IMG/VR virus record: IMGVR_UViG_2061766007_000286
DNA from: an uncultured virus (IMG/VR IMGVR_UViG_2061766007_000286)
Taxonomy: Duplodnaviria > Heunggongvirae > Uroviricota > Caudoviricetes
Strand: one strand, 5' to 3'
DNA length: 64,000 nt
The notes under the pieces are model-generated. The model saw only the letters and a program-made list of their open reading frames with translations. It was not told the origin of the DNA and did no database searches. The position numbers were made by a program, and so were the translations under genes. This document shows, piece after piece, positions 8,242 to 18,969 of the stretch. Position 1 is the stretch's first letter; every line of letters starts with the position of its first letter.

Positions 8242-9242
8242 CAGAGAATCCTCATGACAGAACTGAGAAACGCCATCATGTTGATTTCCTGGTCGACCGC
8301 CGGATACGCGGACTGGAACTGGTACTTCCCTAGCAGGACGGCGAACTCCATGCGTTTTTCCTTCGGGATGAGTTCGACGAACTTGTTTCCGATCAGAGGA
8401 TACAGCGAGGCGAAGTCCACGATGTTCCCGTTTATGTAATCTCTCGTTCCGTCAAAGTCCTTCTTGGAGACGAGCTCCCAGATGTGGTCGACGTCGAACG
8501 ACACCACATCGCCCTTTCCGGCGAGGATCGATCCGTTGTTCTTAAGGAAATTTACATACATCGCCTGGAGTATCGACCGGATATCCGGGTAATAGTCCTT
8601 TGCGATTTCGGCCAATGCCTTCTTGTCGTATGTACCACCATACTTTGCCGTTTCGGTCTCGGCGATTTCCTTCATCCGGTGGAACAGCTTTCTCTTGAGG
8701 GAATCGTCGTTCTTGGAATACGAGAACGATATCGGAGCGCATCTGGAGCGAATGGGCTCCGGAATGATGTGGATGTTGTTGCAGGTCAGAATGAACCTGA
8801 GGGTATTTGTCGTGCTCTCGATAAGTGGCTGGAGACCCGTGAAGAAGCGAGCGGGTTCCGACGGTCTGTCCACCTCGTCTAGGATGACAAATCTTGGTTT
8901 GTCGGTCGGATTCGCCTGTTTGGAGTACTCCTTGATGTCGTCAAGGAGGTCCATGGAGCCGCGAGCAACAGTAAAGAACTTGTAGTCAGCGTTTATCGTC
9001 TCCGGAATTGCCACCGCGAGGGAGGTCTTGCCAGATCCAGGGTTCCCGGAGTGGAAGATATAGTGGGTAAATTCGTTGTTCTGCATGCCGAACTTGACCA
9101 TATTGGTGATTTCGTCCGGGAGAATCACCTCATCTACCGTTTTCGGGCGGTATTTTACGATCCACGGCAGCTTGTCTCCGGTCAGCTGATCTGCCGGCGT
9201 ATTCATGAATTCATTTATTCCATCTTCAGAAAAGACATCCAT
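8241..9242 (-). CDS. clamp loader AAA+ ATPase, T4 gp44/RFC-like
   Basis: WIVKYRPKTVDEVILP, Walker A GNPGSGKTS, Walker B ILDEVD, FILTCN, SRC motif. Confidence 0.92.
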   Translation of the reverse strand: MDVFSEDGINEFMNTPADQLTGDKLPWIVKYRPKTVDEVILPDEITNMVKFGMQNNEFTHYIFHSGNPGSGKTSLAVAIPETINADYKFFTVARGSMDLLDDIKEYSKQANPTDKPRFVILDEVDRPSEPARFFTGLQPLIESTTNTLRFILTCNNIHIIPEPIRSRCAPISFSYSKNDDSLKRKLFHRMKEIAETETAKYGGTYDKKALAEIAKDYYPDIRSILQAMYVNFLKNNGSILAGKGDVVSFDVDHIWELVSKKDFDGTRDYINGNIVDFASLYPLIGNKFVELIPKEKRMEFAVLLGKYQFQSAYPAVDQEINMMAFLSSVMRIL

Positions 9243-9301
9243 TGCGTTATCCTGTTGAAATTTTCCCGTTTCCGGAGGCTTCTCCCCCGGTTTCTAGTCG
9301 T

Positions 9302-9315
9302 AATATAGTATTTTC
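9302..9315 (-). promoter_or_regulatory. putative early/middle promoter
   Basis: GAAAATACTATATT upstream of the clamp loader gene. Confidence 0.55.
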
Positions 9316-9372
9316 GAGACATACTTGTCCGAATAATCCGATCAACGATGGCGACATTTTTCCAACGCAGTA

Positions 9373-9380
9373 TATAAACT
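9373..9380 (+). promoter_or_regulatory. putative late promoter TATAAACT
   Basis: 25 nt upstream of ATG 9406; recurrent intergenic motif resembling T4 TATAAATA. Confidence 0.65.
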
Positions 9381-9405
9381 AAGGTAGGATAATGTCCGGC
9401 TAGAC

Positions 9406-12342
9406 ATGGAATACTGGGAAAATTCGTACTCCTCATGGAACTGGTATAACGAGGTCCTGGAACACAGGAACGGTGGTTCCATATTTGAAGCCGATGAAGA
9501 GCAGAAGGAAGAGGCCCCGCAAGAAGACAATAAAGACGGCGGAGAACAACAGGCCGAAACCACAAAAGAAGGCGATAAAGACGGTGGAAGTCAGAAGACC
9601 GAAGAGAAAAAAGAAGGGGATAACGCCGAGAATGTATCCGGAGAGAACGTAGAAAACGAGGAAAACGACAAAAACGAAGGCACCAAAAATACAGAAAATA
9701 ACGGCACAGACCCACTAGAAGAACAATTTCTTGACAAACCAACCGATGACATACAGTTGCAGGGGGAAGCCGGAGAATATCTCATAGAGCTTCATAATTC
9801 GTACTCCGATGTCAAGGTCTCGGGGTATAATCCGTGGAAACTGGACTGGAGCACTCACCCAGACAACATAGCAGCTCAGCTAAAGTATCTATTCCCGGAG
9901 CCGGACGGATCGTGGAAGATATGGGAACCGAAATACAAGGGAACCCGCGACTATAGTGCAAAAAGCACCAGAGGTCTTGGTGAAAGGTGGCACGGTGGAG
10001 AAGTGAGTGATGACAACTTTAAGATTGTATCCGACATTAGTCGCGACGAATGGTGCAGCTCAAGAATTCAACTAAACAACAATGATAAGCCAATATCTAA
10101 AGTATTCGATCTTGTAAATAATGAGCTTGCAGAATTGGCAAATAAGACTGGCTTCATAAATGACGTAAACATAGACATACTCGCACTGATGGCCTCCAAT
10201 AAAGACGACAGAGAAGAACTACTCAAAAAGATGAAAAAACAGCTCGGTGTTGATAACATTGGAGGACTCGGAAAAGACATCATAAATAACGATGTTTATC
10301 TGAAGCCACTTTTCCGTCCTCTTACCGTCAAAGAACTAATAGAAATCAAGGAAAAGTTTGATAACGAAACATCAAATGAACCGTCTTCAAATGATAAAGA
10401 AATCAAGAAAAAGAAACAGATCGGCAAGGCCATAGAAAACATTTCAAAGAACTCTACCACGGAGTCGTATGATGCTTCTGGGCTGAAAAATGGAAAGAAA
10501 AAGCAGGGTATTGAAAAAGACACTTTATGCATTCTACTGAAGCCAGGCGATACGAAGGATGCTATTGAGAATATATTGTCAGAAGCTGATGGGGCGCCAT
10601 TCTCCATAAACATGACAAAGGAGGACATGGTGTCTCTCCCAACAAACACAGTCAATTCTCTGTACAGTCTGAATCGATTGATCGTAGAGTACAGAGGAAG
10701 TGGCGACGATGAAGAATGTTTAGTTTCCGCTGTATATGACAAAAAGCCAGGGCTCAATTTCAAATACGTTAAATCATACGAAAGAGGCGTAAATGATATA
10801 AAAGAAGACGGTAATAACCGCGTCCCTCTTATAGTATCATCGAAAAAAATGATAGATTCCAGTTCAATAAATGGTACTGGTGAGTGGGAAAAAGACTCCA
10901 AATACGGCATTGAAATATCACATGACCTCTATGAATTCATTTTCAGCACAGAACAACAATATATTACACATGTTATTAGTGGGATCCTTAGTTCCGTGAA
11001 CGCCCCATCTCCAGACTACCTCTCACCTCTCGCCGGTCTCGATCTGTCCGGCATCAGACGGGAAATCATGGAATCATCTCGCCTAGACGTGCTTCTCGAA
11101 GAGATGACCCTCAACGACACCGTCCCAAAGGGTAGTCGTGGCAAAGCACCGAAATACATAAAACATCCATATAAAGGCTTGAACGGGAGCATAACATATA
11201 AAGGAATAAAGCAGCACGAAAATGGAGCTGCCAGAACTATGTGGATTGTTCCGAGCGATTCTGACCCATCTAAAACGTATAATGTACAAATAGACGTTGA
11301 GGTGCCGGGAAAAGGAGGTCTCTTTGCCATAGCTAGAAAGAAAAACCGCAAGCCTGGAGAACTTTCAGCAGACAGAGACAACCTTCGGACATCAAACCTT
11401 CGTCTATACTGTACATGTCCAGACTATCACTTTGGCGGAATAGAATACAACCTCAACCAGAAAAACGCAGCAATGCGAGACCCGGATCTCGGAGGCAAGA
11501 ACCCGGGCGATCTGCACAAGTACATAACCAAGGACGGAAAGGAGTATGAAAAAGGATTCCCAACTCCGGTCAAGCCTATAAAAAGAGATCCCGAAGGAAA
11601 GAAGGAGCTTTGCAAACATATGCATGCCGTTCTTTTGGAATTCAGAAAAAAGATTCGCAAAATATTCTCCGACGCGAAAAATGCTCCAGCTGACTTGGAA
11701 AAAGTTGGATCATTCAACGAGAGCACAGGTAAAGTCATTCAGGCCCCTGATATCATGAACGATTTGGAGAAGACAATGCTCCAGGATAACGCTGAGCAGA
11801 CTCAGACGGAACCGGTTGAGACGGCCGAATCCACCGAAGAAGAAACCCGGCCAGAACAGGCTGAAGAGCAGAACGAAGAAGCGTCGATGGTTGCCGAGGA
11901 AAGTCCCGAAGAGTATCCAACCGAACCGGAAGGTGAATCCGAGCAGACGGAAGAACCCGAGCAGGAAGAACAGCCAGCGGAACCGGAACAGGAAGAAGAA
12001 CCCGATCATTTTGCCGACGCCGGCAACATGATGGATGAAGACGAGACCGTCGACAAACTTGAAGAAGAAAAGAACAAGAGAAAGAGTCTTTCGGATAGAA
12101 TAAAAGACGGCCTGAAGGACTTCGGCTCAAAGATCAAGAACGTCACCAGGCGTTTCTTCAGACATGAGGACTGCGAGTTGGCCGGACAGCTAATCGAACG
12201 GGTACTCGAATCGGACGACCCCCGCGTCATTCAGGAAAGCGTGAGCCAGATAGCCAAACTGCTTGAAGCTAACGGGAAGCACGACTACGCAAAGACCCTG
12301 TTGGAAGACGTCTACGAAAGACCGGGAAGACGCACGAAATAA
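9406..12342 (+). CDS. large acidic protein with SWIM-type zinc finger, probable head-associated
   Basis: LRLYCTCPDY...LCKHMHAVL (CxC...CxH); Glu-rich tracts; many (L/I)-x-E sites. Confidence 0.6.
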   Translation: MEYWENSYSSWNWYNEVLEHRNGGSIFEADEEQKEEAPQEDNKDGGEQQAETTKEGDKDGGSQKTEEKKEGDNAENVSGENVENEENDKNEGTKNTENNGTDPLEEQFLDKPTDDIQLQGEAGEYLIELHNSYSDVKVSGYNPWKLDWSTHPDNIAAQLKYLFPEPDGSWKIWEPKYKGTRDYSAKSTRGLGERWHGGEVSDDNFKIVSDISRDEWCSSRIQLNNNDKPISKVFDLVNNELAELANKTGFINDVNIDILALMASNKDDREELLKKMKKQLGVDNIGGLGKDIINNDVYLKPLFRPLTVKELIEIKEKFDNETSNEPSSNDKEIKKKKQIGKAIENISKNSTTESYDASGLKNGKKKQGIEKDTLCILLKPGDTKDAIENILSEADGAPFSINMTKEDMVSLPTNTVNSLYSLNRLIVEYRGSGDDEECLVSAVYDKKPGLNFKYVKSYERGVNDIKEDGNNRVPLIVSSKKMIDSSSINGTGEWEKDSKYGIEISHDLYEFIFSTEQQYITHVISGILSSVNAPSPDYLSPLAGLDLSGIRREIMESSRLDVLLEEMTLNDTVPKGSRGKAPKYIKHPYKGLNGSITYKGIKQHENGAARTMWIVPSDSDPSKTYNVQIDVEVPGKGGLFAIARKKNRKPGELSADRDNLRTSNLRLYCTCPDYHFGGIEYNLNQKNAAMRDPDLGGKNPGDLHKYITKDGKEYEKGFPTPVKPIKRDPEGKKELCKHMHAVLLEFRKKIRKIFSDAKNAPADLEKVGSFNESTGKVIQAPDIMNDLEKTMLQDNAEQTQTEPVETAESTEEETRPEQAEEQNEEASMVAEESPEEYPTEPEGESEQTEEPEQEEQPAEPEQEEEPDHFADAGNMMDEDETVDKLEEEKNKRKSLSDRIKDGLKDFGSKIKNVTRRFFRHEDCELAGQLIERVLESDDPRVIQESVSQIAKLLEANGKHDYAKTLLEDVYERPGRRTK

Positions 12343-12360
12343 GGCCACAAAACAGCTCAT

Positions 12361-12368
12361 TATAAACT
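12361..12368 (+). promoter_or_regulatory. putative late promoter TATAAACT
   Basis: Intergenic, upstream of ATG 12401. Confidence 0.65.
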
Positions 12369-12400
12369 AGGTATAGCTAACATAATCACAGAGAAATGCT

Positions 12401-15250
12401 ATGCTAGGTGGTTTGGATCGTCTTCAGAAAGAGCTTGACGCACTTACATACAATTCCAGAAGCGTCATGAACGCCATGATCCGCTCAACCGTGGCCAGCG
12501 GAACGGAGATGGGCTATACTGTCCAGCGCGTAAAGGACGACCCAAACGGCAAAATCACCCTAACACAGCCTCAGATATACAAGATATTCAAGTTCTACCG
12601 GGAATGGGAAAACAATTCATTCGATGAATCGTGGTTTGACGAAAACGCTGTAGACGAAGCCCTCAAAGAAGCCCTAGCCAACCACTCAAAGATTCTCTAC
12701 ATGAACCAGGACAACGTCGGCGAATCTACCGGATACTGGCTGAATCTGATAAAAACGGCCAACAATCCGAAGCTCGTGACCAATTCCGCTCCAGTTCCCG
12801 TAAATCTCCGCACCCCGGTGTTCGACGAGAACATGGCCACGACCACGTATGGAAGCAACCAGACTTTCGTGTTCCCGACCGGTTATTATCTGATGGACAT
12901 CCTCGGATACTCTTCCGACGGCGTGGAACACAGCATGGGCGGCAAGAAGTGGTCCATAATCGCCGACGATGACATTCTCCTAGACGGTGGACACGTGGCG
13001 ATCGGCCGCAGGAACGCAAGCGACTCCGTAAAGCCTGCTGCTAGCGGCAACGGCGGAAACACCACGTCCTTCAACATAGCGATGGGTTCGAACGTCTACA
13101 CGTATGGAGACTACTCGATCGTCGGAGGGAGCAATTCTGGCATAAGCTCGCTCGGCGACTATGCCCTCGCCATCGGCGACAGGGTATTCGCTGACGGTCA
13201 TGAAGCCGTCGTGTTCGGCAGCGACAACATCGCGGTCGGCAACGAGTCGATCGTCGCCGGCGGCGAACACAACATCGCGGTATCCGACAACAGCTCAGTT
13301 CTAGGAGGCGAAAACAACATCGCCGGTGCGGAAGTATACGACTTCAAGCTCGTGGAAATGACGATAAGCGCCGCGCAGTCGAACGGAGCGAACGACTACG
13401 AGAACTGCATCGCCGCTTGCAACGGGTACATATCGAGCGACCCGTCAATTAGCATCGCAACCACCACGATCTATTCATTGAGGGTGAACGGAAACATCAC
13501 GAACGCTCTAAAAGAAGACGACGTCATCCGCATGTTCGACTTCACGACGAAGTTCGGTGGAAGAGAAAACATAAAGAGATACGAGCTGAACGGCGCATAT
13601 TATCCGAACAAGACCGCGACAGTAACGTCCGTGTCGTATGATTCCAGCACAAACGTCACGACGATAACGACAACTGGCGCAAATTTCGAATCCATCATCG
13701 ACGGCGGAAAGCTCGCCAAGATACGTACATACGACAAATACAAGCGGCCGATCGACTGTGGCATGTACTCGGCTACCGTCGGTGGACTTGGTCTGTTGGC
13801 GAACGGCCAGTACCAGGTGGCCACCGGCAAGTACAACTACAGCACGCCTTCGTCGATATTCTCGATAGGCGTCGGCGAATCCGAAGACAACAGGGCATCC
13901 ATACTCGACGTGGGCGTCGACTACTTCCGCATTTGCGGAAGCCCATGGAAAGCTGGGCAAATTCTGCCCAACAACACATATCCGGAGTCGTATACAAAGG
14001 ACGCTGGGTTCGTCGGGTTCCAGGTATTCACCGGAAACAGCCACTACATCAGCAATTATGTCGAAATCGTCAACAAGGATTCTCGTATACACGCTTCCGA
14101 CGGTCTTCTGGAAATGGTGTTCAATCCGAAGGACGCTTCGAACAAGTACGGTCTTAGCATAGAAAGCGGCTGCGCTGTTCTGTCAATCGACTCGCCAGAA
14201 GATACTAGCAAGCTCAACACACTCGAACTCAGAGCATCGAAGACGATATCCATCGACGACTTCAGCGGTCTCGCGAACGTTGGTCCGGCGGATATAGACA
14301 TTCTAGCGGAAGGAAACGTTAACATCGGCGGCCTCAAGGGAGTCAACATACAGGCCGGTACGGCGAACGAACGCGGAACCGTAAACATAACCAACGCGAA
14401 CGTCGTGTTGAACAACAGCTCGTTTGAACAGTATGCGTCGACACAGCCATCCGGTTGGTACAGTGGATTCTACGCGTTGAAGGGATGGGACCAATACCAT
14501 CAGAATGACTACTACTTCGAATACAGGAACATACTGAGTGACGCCGACTACAATTCTGTAAACAGCCAGTACAACATAAAGGGCGTGTCCATCGGATACA
14601 ACCCGAAGAAGAACTATCAGACCGGTTTCAATGTAACAAGCGGATTCAATTGGTGGGAAAGAAACGCCTACCTTGACATACACGACGGCGGAAGCTCATC
14701 GTACAGAAGATACCTTCTGACATCGGACGCCGAGAAGGAAGTCCTTACAGCGACACCGGATAGCGGTTTTATACAAATAAAAGGAAATGTTGGAACAAAC
14801 AGCATCGGCGGAGTAACAAGCATTAAGAAAATTGAGTACGCTCAGGAAAAAGACGTTGGCGAAAGATGGTTGATATCGCATCGTATAGGAATAAACTCCG
14901 TTGGTGCCACGGCGTTCGCATACGGAAATATAGAACTGTGCGATTTAGACGGAATCAACCAAGGCGACTATGGCATATCGTTCAAATTGTCCGAGCGAGC
15001 CAGTTTCGTCGGGAAAGGAATATATCATGGTGCGTGCAGTATAGTCGGGACCGGTAAAGATTATCGGGATGCAGATCTTGCCGTGAAAACTGGTATCGGC
15101 GAAGTTGGAATTGAAGTCGACAGCTATGGTAACTCTACCATTACAATATTGTGGCTCGACAAATTCTATAGAGGATCCGGGGATACCAGAAGAGAAGTTC
15201 TGACCATCTCTTTCAACTTCCCGCTTAAAAAGTGGTACAGCATTCTTTAA
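12401..15250 (+). CDS. tail fibre/adhesin-like virion protein with YadA-head-like beta-roll repeats
   Basis: Repeats SIVGGSNS, AVVFGSDNIA, SIVAGGEHNIA, SSVLGGENNIA; G/S/N/T-rich; late promoter. Confidence 0.55.
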   Translation: MLGGLDRLQKELDALTYNSRSVMNAMIRSTVASGTEMGYTVQRVKDDPNGKITLTQPQIYKIFKFYREWENNSFDESWFDENAVDEALKEALANHSKILYMNQDNVGESTGYWLNLIKTANNPKLVTNSAPVPVNLRTPVFDENMATTTYGSNQTFVFPTGYYLMDILGYSSDGVEHSMGGKKWSIIADDDILLDGGHVAIGRRNASDSVKPAASGNGGNTTSFNIAMGSNVYTYGDYSIVGGSNSGISSLGDYALAIGDRVFADGHEAVVFGSDNIAVGNESIVAGGEHNIAVSDNSSVLGGENNIAGAEVYDFKLVEMTISAAQSNGANDYENCIAACNGYISSDPSISIATTTIYSLRVNGNITNALKEDDVIRMFDFTTKFGGRENIKRYELNGAYYPNKTATVTSVSYDSSTNVTTITTTGANFESIIDGGKLAKIRTYDKYKRPIDCGMYSATVGGLGLLANGQYQVATGKYNYSTPSSIFSIGVGESEDNRASILDVGVDYFRICGSPWKAGQILPNNTYPESYTKDAGFVGFQVFTGNSHYISNYVEIVNKDSRIHASDGLLEMVFNPKDASNKYGLSIESGCAVLSIDSPEDTSKLNTLELRASKTISIDDFSGLANVGPADIDILAEGNVNIGGLKGVNIQAGTANERGTVNITNANVVLNNSSFEQYASTQPSGWYSGFYALKGWDQYHQNDYYFEYRNILSDADYNSVNSQYNIKGVSIGYNPKKNYQTGFNVTSGFNWWERNAYLDIHDGGSSSYRRYLLTSDAEKEVLTATPDSGFIQIKGNVGTNSIGGVTSIKKIEYAQEKDVGERWLISHRIGINSVGATAFAYGNIELCDLDGINQGDYGISFKLSERASFVGKGIYHGACSIVGTGKDYRDADLAVKTGIGEVGIEVDSYGNSTITILWLDKFYRGSGDTRREVLTISFNFPLKKWYSIL

Positions 15251-15268
15251 CAACAGGTAAACACGAAC

Positions 15269-17326
15269 ATGTCAAACGTGAAGAACGCATTTCCCCTTGA
15301 AAACCTGGCCGGCGACATCGCCAGGAACAACTTCAACTACCAGTCCGTCCTTAGCGGCCTGATAGAGTGGAATACCAGCAAGGCTGACACGGTTACGATA
15401 CGCCTGTCCAAGGACACCAACCCCTACTTCGAGGACTACACCATTCCAACGAAAAAGGCGATGGAAATCTCCTCGAAGCGCAACGAGAGCAGCGTTTCCG
15501 GAATGGTGTATTCCGGCAATTTCTCCATGGAGTCCATAATCGAAAAGAGCGTTTACGGAGGTGCGTTCGAATACGACACGGCCACGTTCAATCCGTCTAC
15601 CGACATAGAATCTAACGAGATACTCATCAACGCCACAAGCAGCTACTGGCTCGGATGTGCTATCAAATTCGTCGGAGACGATCTTCCACAGGAAATCTCG
15701 GCGTCGTCTCTCTACTACGTCGTAGCTTTCCAGGAAAACTCCATACAGATAAGCTCCGCGCCATCAGGGTCTCCGATGACCATAACGCCGACGACGACAT
15801 CGTCCACGGCCACAATCGTCAAGTATTCGACCAACCCAGTCCGCAGCCAGTCCGACCGCGGAGACGTCATAGTCGTCAAGCCGACGGTCTCCAGCAACGG
15901 AACGACGAAGTGGCGCCTGTATTACGCTCCCGTCATCTACGATTGGGAATCCGGTTCCGATTATCGTTTCGGAAACATCGTCAGACACGAAGACGTTTTC
16001 TATCACGTCATATTCTCCGTATCCAACTCGACGGTCGACCCAGCATCCGACGCGCTCAACTTCAGAAGGCTGTTCCGCGCATGGGAAGAAGGCGCTTCGT
16101 ACATGAAGGACGACATCGTAACTCTTGACGGAAGCGCGTATGTTGTGCGCAAGGACGTTGTGGCCGAGAACACTCCGGCAAACGACCCGTCCGCGTACCA
16201 GTTCTATGCTACCGAATGGACCGACGATGCGGACCACAATACCTACACGAAGGGTCAGCTCGTATGCCTCGACGGCAAGTCGTATCTCTGCAAAAACGGT
16301 ATCGTGAACGACGTGGTATCTCCCGACACCGACGAGGAAAACTGGATGCCGGTTATTCTGTTCAGGGTACCCAAATCAACGGCCATATCAGCAACCACTG
16401 TCATTAAGCAGGAAATGGACCGCGACGCCGCGTTGTTCATTCTCGCCAACGACGGGTACGATTCTAACGACACAACGAAGATACACCTCTCCATCGAGAC
16501 GAAGGAAATGGAGCAGAACTCCATCTACGACCGCTCGGTCGGATATTTCCCGACATCCAACTACGCGTGCTGGCCGGACACTAGCGCGAAGATATGGAGA
16601 ACCAATGACACCTATGAGACCCGCGACATCGACATCAGCAAGCGTCAGGACTACAGCGCCATGATGGTGTTCGAACACACCGACCAGGAGCACGCGAAGA
16701 CCATAAACTTCATAAATTACGACGGACCGGACCTCGACCAGGGTCTTTGCATATATCTTCCGATCGTATCCGAAATAAACGGCGGGTACGCCTATCCGGA
16801 AGACGGCTTCACATACGACTTCTTCTTCCGCATATGGCCTGTCGCGGCCTATACGAACGCTGCCACCAGAGACCACATAATCAACAAGGCGCAGATATAC
16901 GTATATTCCGCACCGGACACCGCCTCGATAAAGAACGACCAGTGCGGAAAGCCGATCGCAAAGTTCTCCATGTCGAGAGCCACGAACATGTTCATACACG
17001 GGGAAAACGTCTCCATACCTGACAAGCCTGTGTGCTACCGCGCAACATTCGTCTACAGCAAGGCGCGCGAAACGTGGATACTGTTCGACTACTACCAGTT
17101 GCCCGACCACATCTTCCTCGGACCGGTCGGCTTCATAGACCCGAACAATCCAGCCAATCTGGACATAAACGCCGATACGATCGGAGACATAAACCCGAAC
17201 GCCGCGTTCATCGGATACGAAACCGCAGGGTTCCCGCTGTTCCAGGACCCCTTCACGACCACCAGACTGACTCCGTACAGAGTCGATTTGGAAGGCTGGG
17301 AAGAGTTCAAAAACAGAATAATGTAA
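15269..17326 (+). CDS. virion protein with three CBM5/12 (ChiC-BD)-like carbohydrate-binding repeats
   Basis: WESGSDYRFGNIVRHEDVFY, WEEGASYMKDDIVTLDGSAY, WTD...YTKGQLVCLDGKSY. Confidence 0.6.
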   Translation: MSNVKNAFPLENLAGDIARNNFNYQSVLSGLIEWNTSKADTVTIRLSKDTNPYFEDYTIPTKKAMEISSKRNESSVSGMVYSGNFSMESIIEKSVYGGAFEYDTATFNPSTDIESNEILINATSSYWLGCAIKFVGDDLPQEISASSLYYVVAFQENSIQISSAPSGSPMTITPTTTSSTATIVKYSTNPVRSQSDRGDVIVVKPTVSSNGTTKWRLYYAPVIYDWESGSDYRFGNIVRHEDVFYHVIFSVSNSTVDPASDALNFRRLFRAWEEGASYMKDDIVTLDGSAYVVRKDVVAENTPANDPSAYQFYATEWTDDADHNTYTKGQLVCLDGKSYLCKNGIVNDVVSPDTDEENWMPVILFRVPKSTAISATTVIKQEMDRDAALFILANDGYDSNDTTKIHLSIETKEMEQNSIYDRSVGYFPTSNYACWPDTSAKIWRTNDTYETRDIDISKRQDYSAMMVFEHTDQEHAKTINFINYDGPDLDQGLCIYLPIVSEINGGYAYPEDGFTYDFFFRIWPVAAYTNAATRDHIINKAQIYVYSAPDTASIKNDQCGKPIAKFSMSRATNMFIHGENVSIPDKPVCYRATFVYSKARETWILFDYYQLPDHIFLGPVGFIDPNNPANLDINADTIGDINPNAAFIGYETAGFPLFQDPFTTTRLTPYRVDLEGWEEFKNRIM

Positions 17327-17334
17327 AAGACATT

Positions 17335-17342
17335 TATAAACT
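17335..17342 (+). promoter_or_regulatory. putative late promoter TATAAACT
   Basis: Between stop 17326 and ATG 17383. Confidence 0.65.
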
Positions 17343-17382
17343 ATGGTTAAGGGAATGCGTATTGCCACAACACGCACTTGCT

Positions 17383-18951
17383 ATGGACACTATATCCGAA
17401 GACATCATCCTCGACCTCCTGAAGAAATATCCCGGGACTGGGGAGAAATCTATCAACGTCAATGAACTCCTTGGGAATCTGCGCGATTTCGTGGAAAAAT
17501 CACCGAAAAAGCCCTCCAAGGAGGAAGTTCTCGGAGACGTTCCGGGAGTTGCGTACTCCAAGGTCATTCAGACTCTCGCCAATACGTCCAGACTTCTCAA
17601 CCAGAAAGGCTCTCCGATGGACCCCGATGTCAAGGACGCCATCAAACCGGAAAAGCAGATGACCATAGCATTCGTTTCCTCTCCGGTTATAACTCCAGGA
17701 GCCATAGCGAGACGCATCATAACCGAAGCCATCGACAGCAAGGAACGCGGATTCTCGGTAGACCTCAAGTCTCTCATATGCGACAAGGTGCATTCCAAGT
17801 TCCTCATGAACCGCGACGGTTCCGTGTGCACGGTAGAAATCCTCTACCCTAACGCCAACGGCAAGATAACCGTCAAGATGTCGTGCGACGGATCCGACGA
17901 CGTGATCCAGGAAATAGCGACAGAAGACGAACAGTACACGAACGGGCTCGGAAACTACATTCTGACGATCCTCGACGAGATGATCACCAACGCCAGAAAC
18001 GCTTCCGAAGAGGAAGAAGCCGTCCGCACCGAGTACACGATACAGAACCCAGTCCACCTCGGCGGCTTCCCCAACGTGTGGGAATCCGTTCTCGACAGAG
18101 ACCTAAAGACAGTGAACGCGATTCTCGAAGCGGACGACGATGACGACTCCGGAGATGACGGCGCGGACATGAACGCCGAGCCGGTTTCCGGCGACGATGT
18201 CGCGGCTTCGTTCGGAGGCGAAGGTGGTGGCGGGTTCGGAGACGCTTTCGGTGGTATGGATCCAAGCTCCGGCGGTGCCAACAACGTCGCCGCGATGAAC
18301 CAGGACGAAAATATGCCTGGAATGGAAGTCACCCCGGACAAGGAACTCATCAAGTTCATGGACGCCGCAATGAACTTCAAGCAGGAAGCGTTCGACACCA
18401 TGATCCGCCTGATAGCCAACTACCAGAGCAACGTACAGCGCACCTCCGGCAACGGTGTAATACTTACCCCGAACGAAATCATAAACGGTACCACTCCGCT
18501 CGAAACGCAGAGCAACAACAGCATCGTGACGATGTTCCTGAAGATATACCCCGAACTCAACCAGGAATTGGAACAGGGCGTCATCGACGAAATCGAGCGC
18601 AAGCTGTGGGGCGGTGCTGACTCGTTCCCGGCCGAGTTCCAGCTCATCAAGGAACGTCTAATTGACAAAATTCCCGATTTCAACATGGATATCGCCGGAG
18701 ACGAATTCTTCACAGAAGAACCTCCGACCGAAGCCGGCATGTCTCCTCTTCCGGACGAAAACGGCATGGGCGGCGAGCAGTCCGGCGGCGACATGGATTT
18801 CGGTGGCGGATACAGCGGTGAAGAAACCCAGCGGCCCTCAGAGGAGTCCGTTCCCGGTGAAACCGAGGAACAAGAACAGCAGAACGAAAGCGATGAAGAG
18901 AAGTTGGACCTGCTGACTTCCCAGCAGGAAAACGCGATAGACAACCTCTAG
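17383..18951 (+). CDS. acidic, Gly/Met-rich hypothetical protein (possible head core/scaffold-type)
   Basis: Start moved from 17032 to ATG 17383 (after the promoter, no overlap with the upstream gene); ILEADDDD, IITEA sites; low-complexity acidic linkers. Confidence 0.6.
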   Translation: MDTISEDIILDLLKKYPGTGEKSINVNELLGNLRDFVEKSPKKPSKEEVLGDVPGVAYSKVIQTLANTSRLLNQKGSPMDPDVKDAIKPEKQMTIAFVSSPVITPGAIARRIITEAIDSKERGFSVDLKSLICDKVHSKFLMNRDGSVCTVEILYPNANGKITVKMSCDGSDDVIQEIATEDEQYTNGLGNYILTILDEMITNARNASEEEEAVRTEYTIQNPVHLGGFPNVWESVLDRDLKTVNAILEADDDDDSGDDGADMNAEPVSGDDVAASFGGEGGGGFGDAFGGMDPSSGGANNVAAMNQDENMPGMEVTPDKELIKFMDAAMNFKQEAFDTMIRLIANYQSNVQRTSGNGVILTPNEIINGTTPLETQSNNSIVTMFLKIYPELNQELEQGVIDEIERKLWGGADSFPAEFQLIKERLIDKIPDFNMDIAGDEFFTEEPPTEAGMSPLPDENGMGGEQSGGDMDFGGGYSGEETQRPSEESVPGETEEQEQQNESDEEKLDLLTSQQENAIDNL

Positions 18952-18969
18952 CCGCGTTTTCGTTCATGC

